64,000 bases of DNA from Octopus sinensis (GCF_006345805.1 NC_042997.1:166284001-166348000), one strand, 5' to 3'. Shown: positions 14,302-29,589, counted from the stretch's first letter. The notes: generated by a model from the sequence alone, not told the origin. Program-made: numbers and translations.

Positions 14302-15600
14302 ATTTTTGTATCCAAAATGCAGATCATTAAATTAAATAGAGCTGATGAAATTTTTGGAGTCATCCCAAATATACCCAAAAATTGGTCTAGTTTCTAAGAT
14401 GTAGGGCGCAACTGGGGTCCCGAGAGAATATGTGAGCATATAAAAAGAGAAGCTGTATCTCCCAAACAAGAGTTCACAAGGCAAAGCCAGTGGTATATTT
14501 TAGGCATCAGCATTCAAAGTATACTCAAGGTGCCAAAATGTATATTAGCTAATCTTAATGTTACCAGGTACTTTTTATGGCAATTACTGAAACAAATAAG
14601 GCTGTGGAACAAAAAAAGCAAATGTGATGGGCAAAAACCAATGTGATTTTCAGATCTTGTTACCAAAATAAGTGTCTGACTAAAGAAAAAAAGTCATTAC
14701 TACCCTACTAATTACTATAGGATATAGAAGTTCTTGTAAAACTTTGCATTTGTTTAGTTTTCTAGTTGAACTCTTTCCACTATGTCACTAATTACGTAAA
14801 AACAATTCTCAAATACAAGTCAGCAAAATAATTGTACTGCTGAGAATATTTCATCCCTCACATTACACATTGAGAAACTCAATTAAGCATCAACTTATTA
14901 CAATCTCCTTTTCATAACACACAAGCTGCTCCTTATCTGATGGCAGAATACATTTTATTGACTACATATGTAGACATTATGTAAACTTCTTCCAGATACA
15001 ACAAATAATAGTAATTTTGATCCATTCCTAGCAAATATTATTTTTCCTTAACAAAATTCTTGAAACTAAGCTAAAATGGAGGCTACCATGTTGCTGTGTT
15101 TCAAGACATATCAAGTTTTTAATGGGACAAACTGGTAATAAAAATGTTGAAACTTAAATCTAATTATGATAAACACCATTGCTTGTTCTTTCTGTTATAT
15201 ATAACAACAAGACTTGAAGATACTTTCACTCTGATTAGTTGTTGATCTTTTTCTTAACACCGGAGTACTACTTACACAGTTGAGATCATGCACCAGTTCC
15301 TGACCATACAAGCACAAACATTTTGGACCATATCATTAAGAGTCTGATTTTGTTCAGTATATAAGAAAGGAGTAATAACCCAATACAAGTAATATTCCCT
15401 CTCTCTCTCTCTCTCTCGGAGAGGCACAAGCACCTACACACACGGCAGTAACTTCTGCCTACCAAATTCAATCACAAAGCTTCGGTCGGCCCAGGGCTAT
15501 AGCACAGAAGACACTTGCCCAAAGTGCCACGCGGTGGGACTGAACCCGAAACCATGTAGCTAGGAAGCAAGTTCCCTAACCACACAGCCATGCTCATATA

Positions 15601-15635
<35 letters not shown>

Positions 15636-17090
15636 CAAGTGTACCTAATGCAAGTAATAAGTACACGAAGAAAAGTTACAGTGAGATCTCCAGCAACTTG
15701 ATAGGAAATCAAAGCTTAACTGTTGTAAGTGTACATGTGTGAGAAAGAGAGAATGAAAGAGAGAAAATTTGCTTATAATCAAACCACTAAAAATTACTTT
15801 GGTCTCAGAAAAACATCAAGAAAGCTAGAAAAACTGAAGTAAATCAAACATATGCATGCACAGTTTTGTTTCACAGATAAAATACAAGAACATGCAAAGA
15901 ACTTATGAAACATTTTGTCTGTCTAAGGTAGAGAATTAGTATCATATATGATAACTTTACACTTGACTAATGAGTATGCTTTTGTAGTGAAGCAGATTCT
16001 AATGGGTTGATGATGTATGTAACATTAGTAAAGTCCAAGAGGTTTCTGTAGAGGAGCTAGGTAAAGGATTAAATTTTAGCTAAATAAATTAGATAACTTT
16101 ATTACATATCAGAAGTACAGTATATTTAATTACCATTATACATGAAAAGGACCCCATGATTAAAATTTCAAATAATCATTAAAAACATCAACTTAAAAAT
16201 CATACCAAACACATATTAGCACTCTCTTAAGCTTCCCTCAACCTAACATTATAACAGGTGCTATTATTTAGTATAATATCAACTGAGGGCAACAGGATGG
16301 TGATATGCCAGATCTAATGCTTTGCATTATTGAATTATGTTATTGGTTATGCTAAAAGTAATACTAGAGTTGACTTTGCCATTCAATTTTCTAGAAGTCA
16401 ATTAAATAAGTAACATACAAGCATTAGGGTTGATTTAATTGACTACAGCTCTATCCTACAAATTTGTGACTTTGTAACACTGTTGTAAGCATGTTCATGA
16501 TAGCTGAGAGGGTAGAATGTTGAAAGCTCAATATTTTACATCCAAAACCTTCTGAGGCTGAGCTTTATTTACAAATAGGGTTATATATAATGTACCAGTA
16601 AGATACTGGGTTCAATTATTTAGCATCTTGAAAAGTGTTTTGTCCTTGTTAAACTTAGACTTTGTTTTGGTGTCCAATTAAAGTGCTGTAGTTCCTATAG
16701 AGAGTCTCTATGTGGTCACTTGATCTGCTATATATTGCAACCAAATTTCTCCAAATCACACCTTACCATCTTAGGAAAAAGAAAGAGTATACACAATGAG
16801 TAGAAAAAAGCTGGAATGCCTGTAATCATAGGTTTGCTGCATCAGGATTGACAAGGATCTAAATAACTACAGCCTGTGCAAAATGGGAAGAAAAAAAAGA
16901 TCAAAACAATGATATCATATACTTTGATACTAGCAGAATTTCAAACTTCTGAATTCCTTGAAAATTTAAAAACACCTCCTGAAACACATTCTCAGTTAAA
17001 AGATATGTAATCTACAAGCTGTAACAATAGTTTATTACAGCCCAGCTAAAAAAATCCATTAAAGTAATATAATACAGAAATAAAGTATTG

Positions 17091-17375
17091 CCAGTGCCGC
17101 CCCGACCCTGACTGGCCTCTGTGTCGGTGGCATGTAAAAAGCACCAACTGATCGTGGCCATTGCCAGCCTCGCCTGACACCTGTGCCGGTGGCACGTAAA
17201 AAGCACCCACTACACTCACGGAGTGGTTGGCATTAGGAAGGGCATCCAGCTGCAGAAACACTGCCAGATCAGACTGGGCCTGGTGCAGCCTCCTGGCTTC
17301 CCAGACCCCAGTCGAACCATCCAACTAATGCTAGCATGGAAAGTGGACGTTAAACAATAATGATGATGATGATGA
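17091..17375 (+). mobile_element. RTE 3'-UTR-only fragment, representative of a dispersed family
   Basis: GTGCC.GTGGCACGTAAAAAGCACC modules, TTAGGAAGGGCATCCAGC, CCATGC.AGCATGGAAA..GGACGTTAAA and a (GAT)n tail. Relatives at about 20185-20725, 26735-27048, 32490-32700, 33385-33750, 48285-48477, 54045-54898 (+) and 7500-7870, 19225-19345, 40132-40470 (-). Confidence 0.8.
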
Positions 17376-17772
17376 AAGTGCTTCATAGAAACTTATGCAT
17401 TTGAAATGATATAAAGGCAGTGTTTCAAATGCATCATATAACCTTATCTAAGAACATTTCATTTTTAATCTAGATTAAATCAAGTGGTATGAAAATAGCC
17501 AATAGCTGGAGAAGACAAGAAATCAACAGGTCAAACTACTTTAGACATTAAAATGGAAAAGAAATGTAAGAGATTCACATGTTGAATGAAACAAAAACTA
17601 TTCTAAAAAGCAAACTTAGATGGTGGTCAATACTTTGTGAATTCTTAATTGGATTCAAAAGACTGTGGCTACTATCAAACTAAGTACAATCAACCAAATG
17701 CTGCATTAGACTTCTTAAACAATACAAAGCCATCTGAGACTGCCTCTAGTTCTATAAGATAAACTTCCTGTT

Positions 17773-17999
17773 TTAACCCTTTAGCGTTCAGATTACTCTG
17801 TCAACTATAATGCTTATTTATTCACATTGTTTGAATTAATCAGGTATTATACCACAACTTCGAGGCTTCGATGATGTGATTGTTTATTTTTAGACTGACA
17901 CTGTAGGGTGGATGTGAGAGGCCAGATCTGGCTGATTTGATGACAAAACAGAAAGAATATTTTGGCTGGATATGGCTAGTTTAAATGCTAAAGTGTTAA
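17773..17999 (+). mobile_element. piggyBac-type MITE family A, copy 1
   Basis: TTAA-CCCTTTAGC...GCTAAAGTG-TTAA termini. Body shared with copies at 21045, 24005, 36890 and 43876. Confidence 0.75.
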
Positions 18000-20900
18000 A
18001 GTAATCTAAATTAAAACCTTCCAGCAAAATTTCATGTTAATTTAAGTTTGAAACACCAGATTAATAAAGACAGTTGTTTTACTAAATTCTTTGTTATTTT
18101 CAAAATTAATTGAAATAAAGGAAGTGTATTTTAAAAGAAATACAGTAACAAAAGGATTATATAGATATTTAATCCAATTTGCCACATTTACATAAGCATG
18201 AAAACTCAATTTAAAAAAAAAATTTAAACTGAAAATTAGTCACATAATAATAGAATTAGCACAGGAAAAGTCAAAAACACTCACTCTAACACTTACTAAA
18301 AAACCTTACAAAAATGGAGCAAGTTTTACACGATAAATGATTGTGTAGTGTTGAAGAATAATAATAAAAACTAAAAAAATATAGTCTTAATATATTCCTC
18401 TTGAGTTACCTCTAACATTAGAATTATAAGAAGTAAATGGAATGAAGTGGAGAAATTGAAAGAAAGCGATAGGAAGGTAATGTTTTCTTAATATTAAATA
18501 GTTTGACAGGTTTCATTACTAAAAAGAAGATGAAAGTGAGAAAAACAGACAAATGTTAAATGTTAATTATGTGTTCTTATACACACATACAAGAAAATCA
18601 AGTAGAATTTTATTGAAGATAATCATGAACATGCTACCTCAAAGAAGGTATATTTGGCACTAATATTGAGTCTTGTGTATTGCAGTTAGTTAATGTATGT
18701 TCTTTTATGTATGCATATATGTATGAATGTACACACACATATATACATACAGAGAGAAAGAGAGAACACAAACACTAAGAAATTCTGGGATGATGCCAGA
18801 GCAAGATTGCTTAAAAGGAATTTAGTTAATTTTACACTGAATAAACAATGTAATTGAAGCAAAAGAAAAATAAGTAGAATCCAAATAAATTTTTTCCTTT
18901 AAAAAAATACCCACCTCCCCATCACCCTATATAATACATGCATATAAGATATTCAAATTATGTAAGTGTTGGATCTATTTCTACTTCTGCACATGCAGAG
19001 TTCAAATGGAGAAAAGTAGAAACAGGAAAAATGATTTTAAATAGTATTAACACATGACAAATAATAGATGATTCTGTTACTGTAGTGAGAGAGTTTAAGA
19101 GGGAATTGAAAATAGATAAAATGATACATATGGGACTTGGTATGTGAATGAGAATTCATTAATGTTTTATTCTGGCACACAGGTAGATTGTATGTGTGTG
19201 TGTGTGTGTGCGTGAGATCATTTAGTATCCATTTTTCATGTTGGCATGGGTTAGACAGTTTGACTAGAACTGGTAAGCCAGAGAGCTGTACAAGGCTCCA
19301 ATCTGATTTGGATTGGTTTCTATGGCTGGATGCCCTTCCTACTTCTTCACATTTTGAATAAATCAATTTCAACACAAATCATTAAAAATAGTCTTAGACA
19401 TAAAGCCAAAGACTTATGAGAAGGGAACCAGAAGCATTTCCACAACAGTCTTGTGGACATTCTGATACAGATCAAATAGTTCTAGCATGCTATAACAGTG
19501 ACAGATTCAGGTTGATCTATTCTGATAAATGATTAAGTGGAGTTATTTTAAACCTTGATTTGACAGAAATATTGCAGGGTTAATCAAGAATTAGATAAAA
19601 TGCCAAACTTGAAACTTTATTCCTTGGTTGTTTTCAAATACCTGTGGTTATAAACATGTTGGAGAACTGTCACAAGAATGTGGATAGATGTATGCACATC
19701 CAGCCATCTCCTTCACCCACTATTCTAGGGAAGGTTGTGGGAGCAGAGTCCTTAGGCACCTCTTCAGTAGGAAGCAACCATCATTATACTTTCCAGCTGG
19801 ACTCCCAAGCAAGACCAACTGAGACAATGGATATTATCCAACTATCTCATTCTTGATCTACCCCTAGATCTTTTGCTAGATGGCTCAGCTTGAAGAGTCC
19901 ATTTTGCAATTTTTTCCTGCAACATTCTAATCACATGTCCATAATATCAGAGTTGCGACCTCTAAATGCAGAGATGTAGCAACTCAACCAGGAGAGACTC
20001 CCTGATCTCTGAGATATGTTCCCTGTCAACTAATGTTATTCCGGAAATCCTTCAAACGAACCTTATTTAAATCACTTTGTTTTGCAATCATACTTTTTTG
20101 GTCATTACCCAGCATTCATGACCATATGTAAAGACAGGCACAAAAACCAAGTTGAAGATGGCAAGTTTGGCTTTTTACCTACCATTTAAGAAGAAAGCTG
20201 GATATAAGAAGCATCATATGTTGTGTGCAAGAGAGAAGACGGCATTGGTTTGATAATGTGATGCCTATGGATGAGGACAGCTGCATAAAGAAGTGCCAAG
20301 CTCTAGTAGTGGAGGGTACTGTGGAAGTGTACTTGTGAAAGGGATGAAGTGGTGAGAAAGTATCTTTGGATGCTGGACCTCAGTGAGGAAATGACAAAGG
20401 GCCGGGAGAGGCAATTTGCTGTACTTGATAAGACACATTAAGCTAAGTAAAATCACTGTCATCCATACATACAGGCTTGTCCTTTCATGGCCCAGTACCA
20501 CTTAAAAAGCACCTGTGCTGGTGATGCATTAATGCACCCATGCCAGTGACATGTAGAAAGACCCAACACATTCTGTTAAGTGGCTAGCATTAGGAAGGGC
20601 ATCCTGCCATAGAAACCATGCAACAAACAGCTGGAGTGTGGACAGCTCCCTCCTAGCCAGCTCCATGTTAAACCATCCAACCCATGCCAGCATGGAAAGC
20701 AGATGCTAAACGATGCTGATGATAATTACTCTTTTGATGATGGGATGCTGGAGCTGGTGCATTACTGTGCCAACGCACAAAATTTTAGCATCCATAAAAG
20801 ACAAGTATCACATATGAGAGAGTAATATGAATGCTAAAGGGCTAAACGCCACTTGTCTCAGCATGCACTGAATGGGTTCGCTGCTGAGTGCTGCGAGGCA

Positions 20901-21044
20901 GAGATGAGAATTAGCTTTGTGAAGACTGAGACATTGGTCCTCTCAAGAAAGTCTACTTTGGGCATTTTGCATGTCAGTGGAACAAATTTCACATCTATGT
21001 TAAAATAGATTGGAAGGCTTAAAAAATATCAACAGTTGAAAGAT

Positions 21045-21252
21045 TTAACTCTTTAGCATTTGAACCAGCCACACCTGGCCAAAATATTCTACCTGTTTTA
21101 TGTTCAAATAGGACAGATCAGGCCACTCACAACTACCCTACAATGTCATTCTAAAAATAAACAATCACATCATTGAAATCTCAAAGCTACAAGATAATGC
21201 ATGATTAATTCAAAACAATGTGATATGGCCAGTTTACATGCTAAAGGGCTAA
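21045..21252 (-). mobile_element. piggyBac-type MITE family A, copy 2
   Basis: Reverse-complement body with TTAACTCTTTAGCATT / ATGCTAAAGGGCTAA ends; partly deleted near one end. Confidence 0.7.
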
Positions 21253-21755
21253 ACAAACTGCTTAAACAATAGTTGTAGCAAAACTAGAGCAGGTAATCTA
21301 TGGAAAAGTATTAGAAACACCTTGTTACATCATCTCAATAAAGAGTGACACTTGAATATATTAACCTCTTTAACACACACTTATAAAGAAGTATTTTTGT
21401 GTTTTAAAATTATGTCCAGTTGCATAAACATAATCAGTGCTTAAAATAGTAGGTAATGCAAGCGGGAACCTAAAACATAGTGTTGATATATGGCATCTAG
21501 TCGCTACAAAAATTAAACACATTAGATGTGTCAGCAAAAGTTAGAGTCAGCAGCAGGGAATTTATTGTGAGGAAAATCCTATAAAGTTATGCAATCAAAA
21601 TTTTGAATCAGTTAAATAACTCCAGGCAGTTACTAAATGAGTAGAATGTGCTGAGAACACCAATAAATTAAGATGACTTACAGAAATAACTATGGCTAAA
21701 ATATAATACTTAGTGGAACCACATATTGCCTAAATTAGCTTTATGTTAAAAGTCA

Positions 21756-21798
<43 letters not shown>

Positions 21799-22650
21799 GA
21801 CGTTTGTGTGTTAAGGCATATAAAATAAAATAGATAATATATGCTGTAATTAAAACATTAATTTACTGAGAGCTGAAGCTTCACACAGTTGCTATTCCAA
21901 GTTTTCAACTTGATTATCTATCAAAGAAATAATGCAGAATTCAGTCTGGCACAATGAGACCTACTTTGACAGGTCTTAAAAAGTATGGGCATAAGCCAGA
22001 CCATCAAGTGAAGAAGTCTTTCACACTCAACTGATTCTGATTTCAATCTCAATGTGCAGTATCTTGGGCAAGTTACTTCTACCATAGCCTTGGGTCAACC
22101 TAAGCCTTGTAAATGAAATTAATAAACTCAAATTGTGCAGAAGCCTACTAAATGGGCTACATCTGATTTTGTATGGTAGACTTAATCCATTGCCTGGGTT
22201 TAACACTACCACATCAGCAGACTTCAAGCTATTTCAAGCATTCAACCAGGTCTCTAGACTGTGACATGATTCCTTCCTCCCTTTTCCTTAACCAATCTTT
22301 GAGGTTCTGCAAAATGTTGATGAGCACTACCATTCCTCCACTGACTAAACCATGTTTTTATTTTTTTTTTAGTAACATTAATGAATTAAACGAAATATTT
22401 ATAACTAAATGTAACATTAACCACAGCTTGACATAAAATATATCTTAGATAACACCACAGCACTCACCAACATGATAAACAAGAAACAGATTCTCATAAA
22501 AGCTTAAATCCTCAGAGTTTACCATTTTTTTTTTTTTTTTTTTGTGGGGAGAAGATTAATAAGAAGTCATGCATATAAAATGAAGTAGTTCCAGTTACTT
22601 CACTTAAGGTTATTCAAGTTTTCTATTAGCAAGTGAATAAGTGCATAAAT

Positions 22651-22681
<31 letters not shown>

Positions 22682-22959
22682 CAAGTGTATGCTCATTTTT
22701 ATAAGACTTATGTGTATATAAGTAAAAATTTACCAAGTTAAATTTTCTGTTTAACTAAATTCCTTTATGATAAGATACTAATGTGCTGATCTATATTCAA
22801 AGTTCAGCAAAAAAAAACCATTAGAGTAATCACCAGGCTTAGAGCAAGACTAATATCTCAGATTTCAGACAGCAAAATCTAAGAAAATTAGCAAAGGATA
22901 TGCCTTTGGGCATTACTAGACTGTGCAAAACTGCAAATATTTCACTAAAATGTGGTAAT

Positions 22960-23380
22960 TATCCTTGTGTAGTCGGGCATTGTTGTAAAATCAACCATTT
23001 CCAGCATTTTTTGCATTTTTCTGACCAATAGTAGCAATCTTTAGGTCACAATATCTCCAAAAATAATTGATGCAATAAGCTGAAATTTTGCATATGTATT
23101 ACTTTGATACTTGCCTAAACACTGCTCTAGTGTGAGTAGATACACTTCAGTTGTTCATCTTCCAGAGACACTTGACTGCTACTACCCAGGGGTCAAAAAT
23201 GCTTGAACTGCTGCATAGGACTATGAGCAACCCTACAATGAAATCTAGGCCATCTTCATCAATGTCTTTGATTCAGCATCTAGTCTGTACCCCAATCTGT
23301 AGGCACTCCAAGTTAGAGCATATTATCTTTGATAGTTTGGTGGAAAAGGGTGTGTTTGCCTCATCTGTCATTTTGAATTT
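22960..23380 (-). mobile_element. Possible highly decayed mariner remnant
   Basis: Reverse-strand fragments resemble the mariner SLEDE and W.L..DNAR motifs; very degenerate. Confidence 0.3.
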
Positions 23381-24004
23381 ATAATTAGGTCATGAATAGA
23401 TAATGTGGAAATTTTAATATTATGTTTTTGATAGAACTAACATTGTTCTTGATGTATGCCATATTCAGTTTGCCTGTGCTTTATTCCCACTGGGAGAAAG
23501 CATCTTCAATTTAGGAGTGTTTTCCTACATCTGAGGTGCTAGTGTTGCCTTACGAAAAAAAAATAAGTGCTGGGGTCAATTTGTTAAATTAAAATTCTTC
23601 ATGGTGATACCCCAGCATGGCCACAGACTATGTCTGAAACAAGTAAAAGAATTAATGAACATCTTTATGTATATAAATCTGGTAATAATTAAAAAGTTAA
23701 TTGTTTATAATTAATATATATTATATTAAATTTACATCAGGCAAATTAACTTAGCTGTTAGATATCTATTTCAACAATCCTAACCAATCAACCTAACATG
23801 GGTGACTTAGGCCTGGTGGTTCAAACATATGACCAATAGCAATGTTTAGACTAGCATCCAGCTCAATTTTATTAAAAAATAAATTTTATCAGTATTTTTT
23901 TATCTAAAATATTATATAAAATAATTATTGCTAGCATATGTTCAGAGCTAGAGCAAGACTAAAAGTTATGATTAACACCATTCCAATTAGCCAAATCAGT
24001 GACA

Positions 24005-24218
24005 TTAACCCTTTAGCATTCAGATTACTCTGTCAAATGCAATGCTTATTTATTCACATTGTTTTAAAGTAATCACGCATTATTTTGTAGCTTTGAGATT
24101 CCAATGATGTGATTGCTTATTGTAGGGTAGGTGTAAGAGGTCTGACCTGGCTGGTTTGAACATAGAACAGGGTGAAAATTTGGGCCTGATATGGCTGAAT
24201 TAAATACTAAAGGGTTAA
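24005..24218 (+). mobile_element. piggyBac-type MITE family A, copy 3
   Basis: TTAACCCTTTAGCATT ... AATACTAAAGGGTTAA. Confidence 0.78.
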
Positions 24219-24377
24219 AGAACCTCTTGTTATCTCATTAAATGAAAAAGAAGCTTATGAATCCACATACTAAAAGATGTGACTTATTTCCCCTTCACTT
24301 AGTCTATACATGCTGAACAAAACAGCTTTTTTACCACCACATTTATATACATGTTTTCCAAAATGGATTCCAGAGAT

Positions 24378-24726
24378 TTTTTTCATTTTTTACTTGTTTC
24401 AGTCACTAAACTGCAGCCATGCTGGGAAACCAACTTAACAAATTTTAGTTGAACAAATTGACCCCAGTATTTCATTTAAACCCGGTACTTATTCTATCAG
24501 TCTCTTTTGCAAAACCACCAAGTTATAGGGATGTAAACATACCAGTAACAAGTGTCAAGTGGTGAACGGAGGGGGGGGGGGCAAACACACACACACACAC
24601 ACACACATGATGGGCTTCTTTAAGGAGGCTACAGAAGTTACTTGCTCAAGGTGTCATGCAGTGGAACTGAACCTGGAACCATGTGGTTTGGAAGCAAATT
24701 TCTCACCACACAGCCACACCTGTACT
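24378..24726 (-). mobile_element. tRNA-derived SINE family 1
   Basis: Reverse-complement head and tail; part of the core deleted. Confidence 0.8.
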
Positions 24727-26480
24727 TATATGAGATATGAACAATATTAAAAGATTTTGCCACTAAAACAGTGTAAACTTTCTATCAAGAACTTTATGCA
24801 TTCATTAAGACAATATATATTTGTTTTGTGTGTGTGTGTGTGTGAGCAATGGCGTGTTTGTTTACAATGCATCCCACAGTTCACTGGTTACATGTTAAAA
24901 TCAGTGAATTAAAAATACATTACTTGAAAAACAAATAGTTGACAACAGGAACAGCATTTAGCCACAGAATACTGTCTCACTGACTCTTGTCCAACACTTG
25001 GAAAAGGCAGACATAAACCCATTGATGATGACAATGAAACCGACATTAATGATGAGGGAAAACTTATATCAACTAATCAAAGCAGACTTTAGAGTAGCAG
25101 ATAATACTTTAATAAGACTGAAATGTGTAGATGTCCCCTTGACAATAAAAATAAGATTTTTTCAGTAAGTACTTAAATTTTGTGAAATTAATTTTTTAAT
25201 TTCTTGAAATTAGCTCTCCTATTTTTTGAATGTTGCAATCAATTAACCTTAAGGTTTTCGTTTTCTACGGCTTTGTGGTTACTCTATAAATAAAGAATTG
25301 TGCCAAGATGCCCAGATTTTATAACAATGGTATTTTATACAAAAACTAAGATTTCTGACCAGATAATGTCACTGCAACCTTTAGCAGTGTTTGAATGCGC
25401 AAGTGTGTTTATGAAACACTTAGAATCATAGAACATATCTCAATAGAATAATTATTCCAATTAAATTTTAACAGGTGAATATATTTTAATTAGAATATGT
25501 TACTGATATTTTTTCCATGGTTTAGCAAGAAAGTGAAGATTTTTACAGTAAAAAAAAAAGCAGAAATATGTTAAAATGCCATAACAAGAAGGAAAATTCA
25601 TGCAAACAATATGATAAACATAACTATGGTTTTTGGCTGCATAAGTAAACTAGTTGGTAACAAATAAAAAGAAATACATTATATCATATAAGAATCATGT
25701 TTAATTTACCATTTTTTTTTTTTTTGTTAATATCACAAAAAGATGTATATGCACATGTACATTACATACAAAGACAAAGAATTACTGATGAATACAAGAA
25801 AAAAGTAAAATACTAAAGGAGTTCCTTCTTGTCAAAAGCAAAAAGAATAAAAATAAAAATAAAGAACTGACAAAAATAAACTAGGAAAAAAAAAACAACA
25901 GAATTCCAGCACACAGCACTTAACAAAAATGTAATTGTAAACTTCCCATTTCTACAATGCTGACAACGTTAAATTGCTAGAATGTATTTTTTATGTGATT
26001 TTTCTTGAAGTTATTGTTGGTACTCAAAGTTCTTTTATTCCTATTGTTTTTGTGTTACATAGTTAGTTACTCGCAGATGGCTTCCCCGCAATAGAATTTT
26101 ATTTTGTTCTCCCATGTTCTTCACTCATCAACACAAACACACATGCAGAGAGAAAGACAGACAGACAGGAACCAGGAGGAAGAGCAAGAGAATATATCAT
26201 ACTTTCTTCCCCCTTAAAACTAAAAGCTGAATAAACCAATGAACAGGGTCAAATAAAACTGCAATTCTGCAGATATCTCCAATATGTGTTATAGTGTAAT
26301 GATGTAAAATTTTGCCGTATTGTAGTTAGTTGGTACTTAACATATTTTTAAAAATCAGATGTTCAGTTTTGTTTTATGGTCAAATATCTAGTCTATTAGC
26401 TTAAATCTTACAGCATAGTTTTAAGCTATTCTTAGAAATTAGAATAAATTTCTTTTTTACTTACCAAGAATGTGCATATT

Positions 26481-26529
<49 letters not shown>

Positions 26530-27045
26530 ATTTAAGATTATTATTTTACAAATAACTGGATATTTGCTGAAGGACCCAATACTAAAAGTTTTAAAACTAG
26601 TCAAATTATAAAATTCATTTTGACAGCTTACCCAAACATTACTGTACGTATATAAATATACACACACATATAAATACATACATAAACATAACACACACAT
26701 ACACACATATAATATACACATATATGTGGGGGGGGGCACGTAAAAAGCACCATCCGAACATGGCCGATGCCAGCGCCACCTTGACTAGCTTCTGTGCCAG
26801 TGGCACATAAAAAGGACCAACCGATCATGGCCATTGCCAGCCTCCTCTGGCCCCTGTGCCGGTGGCACGTAAAAAGCACCCACTACAATCACGGAGTGGT
26901 TGGCATTAGGAAAGGCATCCAGCTGTAGAAACACTGCCAGATCAGACTGGAGCCTGGTGCAGCTTCCTGGCTTCCCAGACCCTGGTCGAACCATCCAACA
27001 CATGCTAGCATGGAAAACAGACGTTAAACAATGATGATGATGATG

Positions 27046-27095
<50 letters not shown>

Positions 27096-27149
27096 TATAT
27101 GTGTATATATATACATGTATGTATGTATGTTTCATAAACACACTTGCAC

Positions 27150-28500
27150 ATTCAGACACTGCTAAAGGTTGCAGTATACATAGTTTCTGAGCAAGTTAAC
27201 ACTGGCAGAGAAATTTCTGAAAGTATTGTTGCTAGAATAAGAATAGGATTGAGGAAGTTTAGAGAGCTATTACTTCTGTTGACACAAAAAAATATCTCTC
27301 TCGGAGTGAAATGCAGATTGTATGATGCTTCTGTACAAATGCCTATGCTTCGTGGTAGTGAGACATGGATCCTGAATGCAGAAACGTGTAGACTGGAGAG
27401 GAATGAAGTTAGTATGCTCCAATGGATGTGCAACATCAGTGTGCAAGTGCAACAAAGTGTAAATATGCTTAGAGAAAAGATGGGCATAAGAAAAATCAGT
27501 TAGCATGCAATAAAGATGAATACAATGGTTTGAATATGTAATGCACATGAATGAAGACAGCTGTATAAAGAAGCGGCGATCATTTAAATTGGATAGCACC
27601 TGTGGAAGAGGGATACTCAGGAAGACATGGAATGAAGTAGTGAGGGCTGACCTCGAGATGATGGGCCTCATGATGGAGATAACAATGGACCAAAATGTCT
27701 GGTGATATGAGGTTCTTGAGAAGAACTGCCCACCTCAGTGAAACTGAAATCAGGGAGTGCTTTGTATTCCACCCACATGTAACACTAATTCACATACCCT
27801 ACTCCAATGCATCAAATTAAATTTTTTCATGTACTATGCTTTTCTCCACCATCCCACTCAATCCTATAGCTCAATATGGCTCTATCATCTCTTTCTCCTA
27901 TCCTCCCTCTACCAATTGTATCATTGCTATCCTGTCACTCCTCTATATATTTGTGTTCCATCACTCACCGAATTCCCTGCCTTTCCCTCCCCCTCCTCCC
28001 TTTTTGCACCTTCATGAACTTCCTACTCATGCACTCTCGGCAATGCTCCGCCCTTCCATTTATATTCACATCCTTGTAACTTGAGAGTATGCCCTGGCAC
28101 ATCATCACCATCTCTCTTGCTCTCTCTTACTCTCACACTCTCTCTCTCTCTCTCCCCCTGTCTTAGATAACCACGTATCTCCTCTACAGCAACGCAGCTG
28201 TTTTTGTCCCTTTATCACCGTATAACCTCTCATCACCTGGCACAAAGCTACCTCCTTCAACACCACTCTCCCTCTCCATTGAAGGATTTCTGTCTTGCAA
28301 GTTATGTGGTAACCTCACAGTGCTGGTGCCACATAAAAAGTACCCAGTCAATTCTTGTAAAGTGACTGGCATTAGGAAGAGCATCCAGCTGTAAAAATCA
28401 TAGCAAAGCAGACAGTGGAACTTGGCATAGTCCTTAGGTTTACCAGCTCCTGTCAAACCTATGCCAGCATGAAAAACAGATATTTTATGATGATAATATA
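27150..28500 (+). mobile_element. 5'-truncated RTE copy (C-terminal coding + 3' UTR)
   Basis: SESIVARIRIGLRKFRELLLLLTQKNISLGVKCRLYDASV..MLRGSETW vs intact AESVTARIRIAWAKFRELLPLLVTKGLSLRVKGRLYDACV..MLHGSETW; ends in a CCAGCATGAAAA...GATGAT tail. Confidence 0.88.
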
Positions 28501-29124
28501 TATATTTATATATATCTTACCATCATTATTATCACTGTTTAAATGCCTACCTTATTCATGCTCCCATAGGTCAGATGGAATCTGCTGATGCAGATTTTCG
28601 ACATCTGGTTACCCTTCCTGTAGACAATTTTAACTATTCCCAAGCAAGACGATATTTCTCTATGGCCAGACAAGAGTAGAAAAGAACACCACTTGTATGA
28701 TAACATTCATATATAACTATTATGCAGTCAAGACAAAGTGACGCTAACATGCACTAATGTATGCATACACACACACGCACACATTCATATACACACAGTG
28801 AACTTCTTTCACTTTCTATCTACTAACTGGGCTAATCAAAGTCACCCACAAGGCTTTGGTTAGCCTAGTGCTATAGTAGAATACACTAACCCAAGATGCC
28901 ACATAGTGGAACTGGACCTGAAAACATCTTGTTGGAAAGTAAGCTTCTTAATTACACAGCCAAGCCTACATGTGTGTGTGTGTGTGTGTGTGTAAGCATG
29001 GCCACATAGATATTTTGTTTACTTTATAACACTGTGATTTTAGGTTACACACCTTGGAAAAAAGGTTTTCTACTGCAGCTTCAAGTTCCTGACTAATGCC
29101 CTGTGAGTGAAATTGATAGACAGA

Positions 29125-29166
<42 letters not shown>

Positions 29167-29197
29167 ACGTGCACGTGTGCGTGTGTGTGTGTGTGCA

Positions 29198-29229
<32 letters not shown>

Positions 29230-29541
29230 CACCAGTGATGTCACAATTCATTTCTACAGCTGGAGCAATGTGAAATAAAGTGTCTTACTCAAGAACATAA
29301 CACACAACTTGGTCCAGGAATCAAACTCACTACCTCTGTGAGCCTGATGCTTTAACCACTGAGCCATGTGCTTTCACTAGCAGGTGCATCTGTCACAAAA
29401 CTAGACATAAAACAGTTTGAGTGAGGTTTGTCTTTCCCCAGTTAAACTGCAATGGAGCACACTCAAGATGTAATGTACTCTAAGTTATGGCCAGATGCTT
29501 TTCCTATATGCAAGGAAACCTAGACTAAATACATATATTTG

Positions 29542-29589
<48 letters not shown>

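Noticed and set aside
15272-15345. AG...GTAAGT-bounded minus-strand segments (also near 32830-32895, 37210-37255, 39480-39700) as downstream TMX3 exons
   Set aside because: Wrong phase, in-frame stops, or no resemblance to the expected TMX3 sequence.
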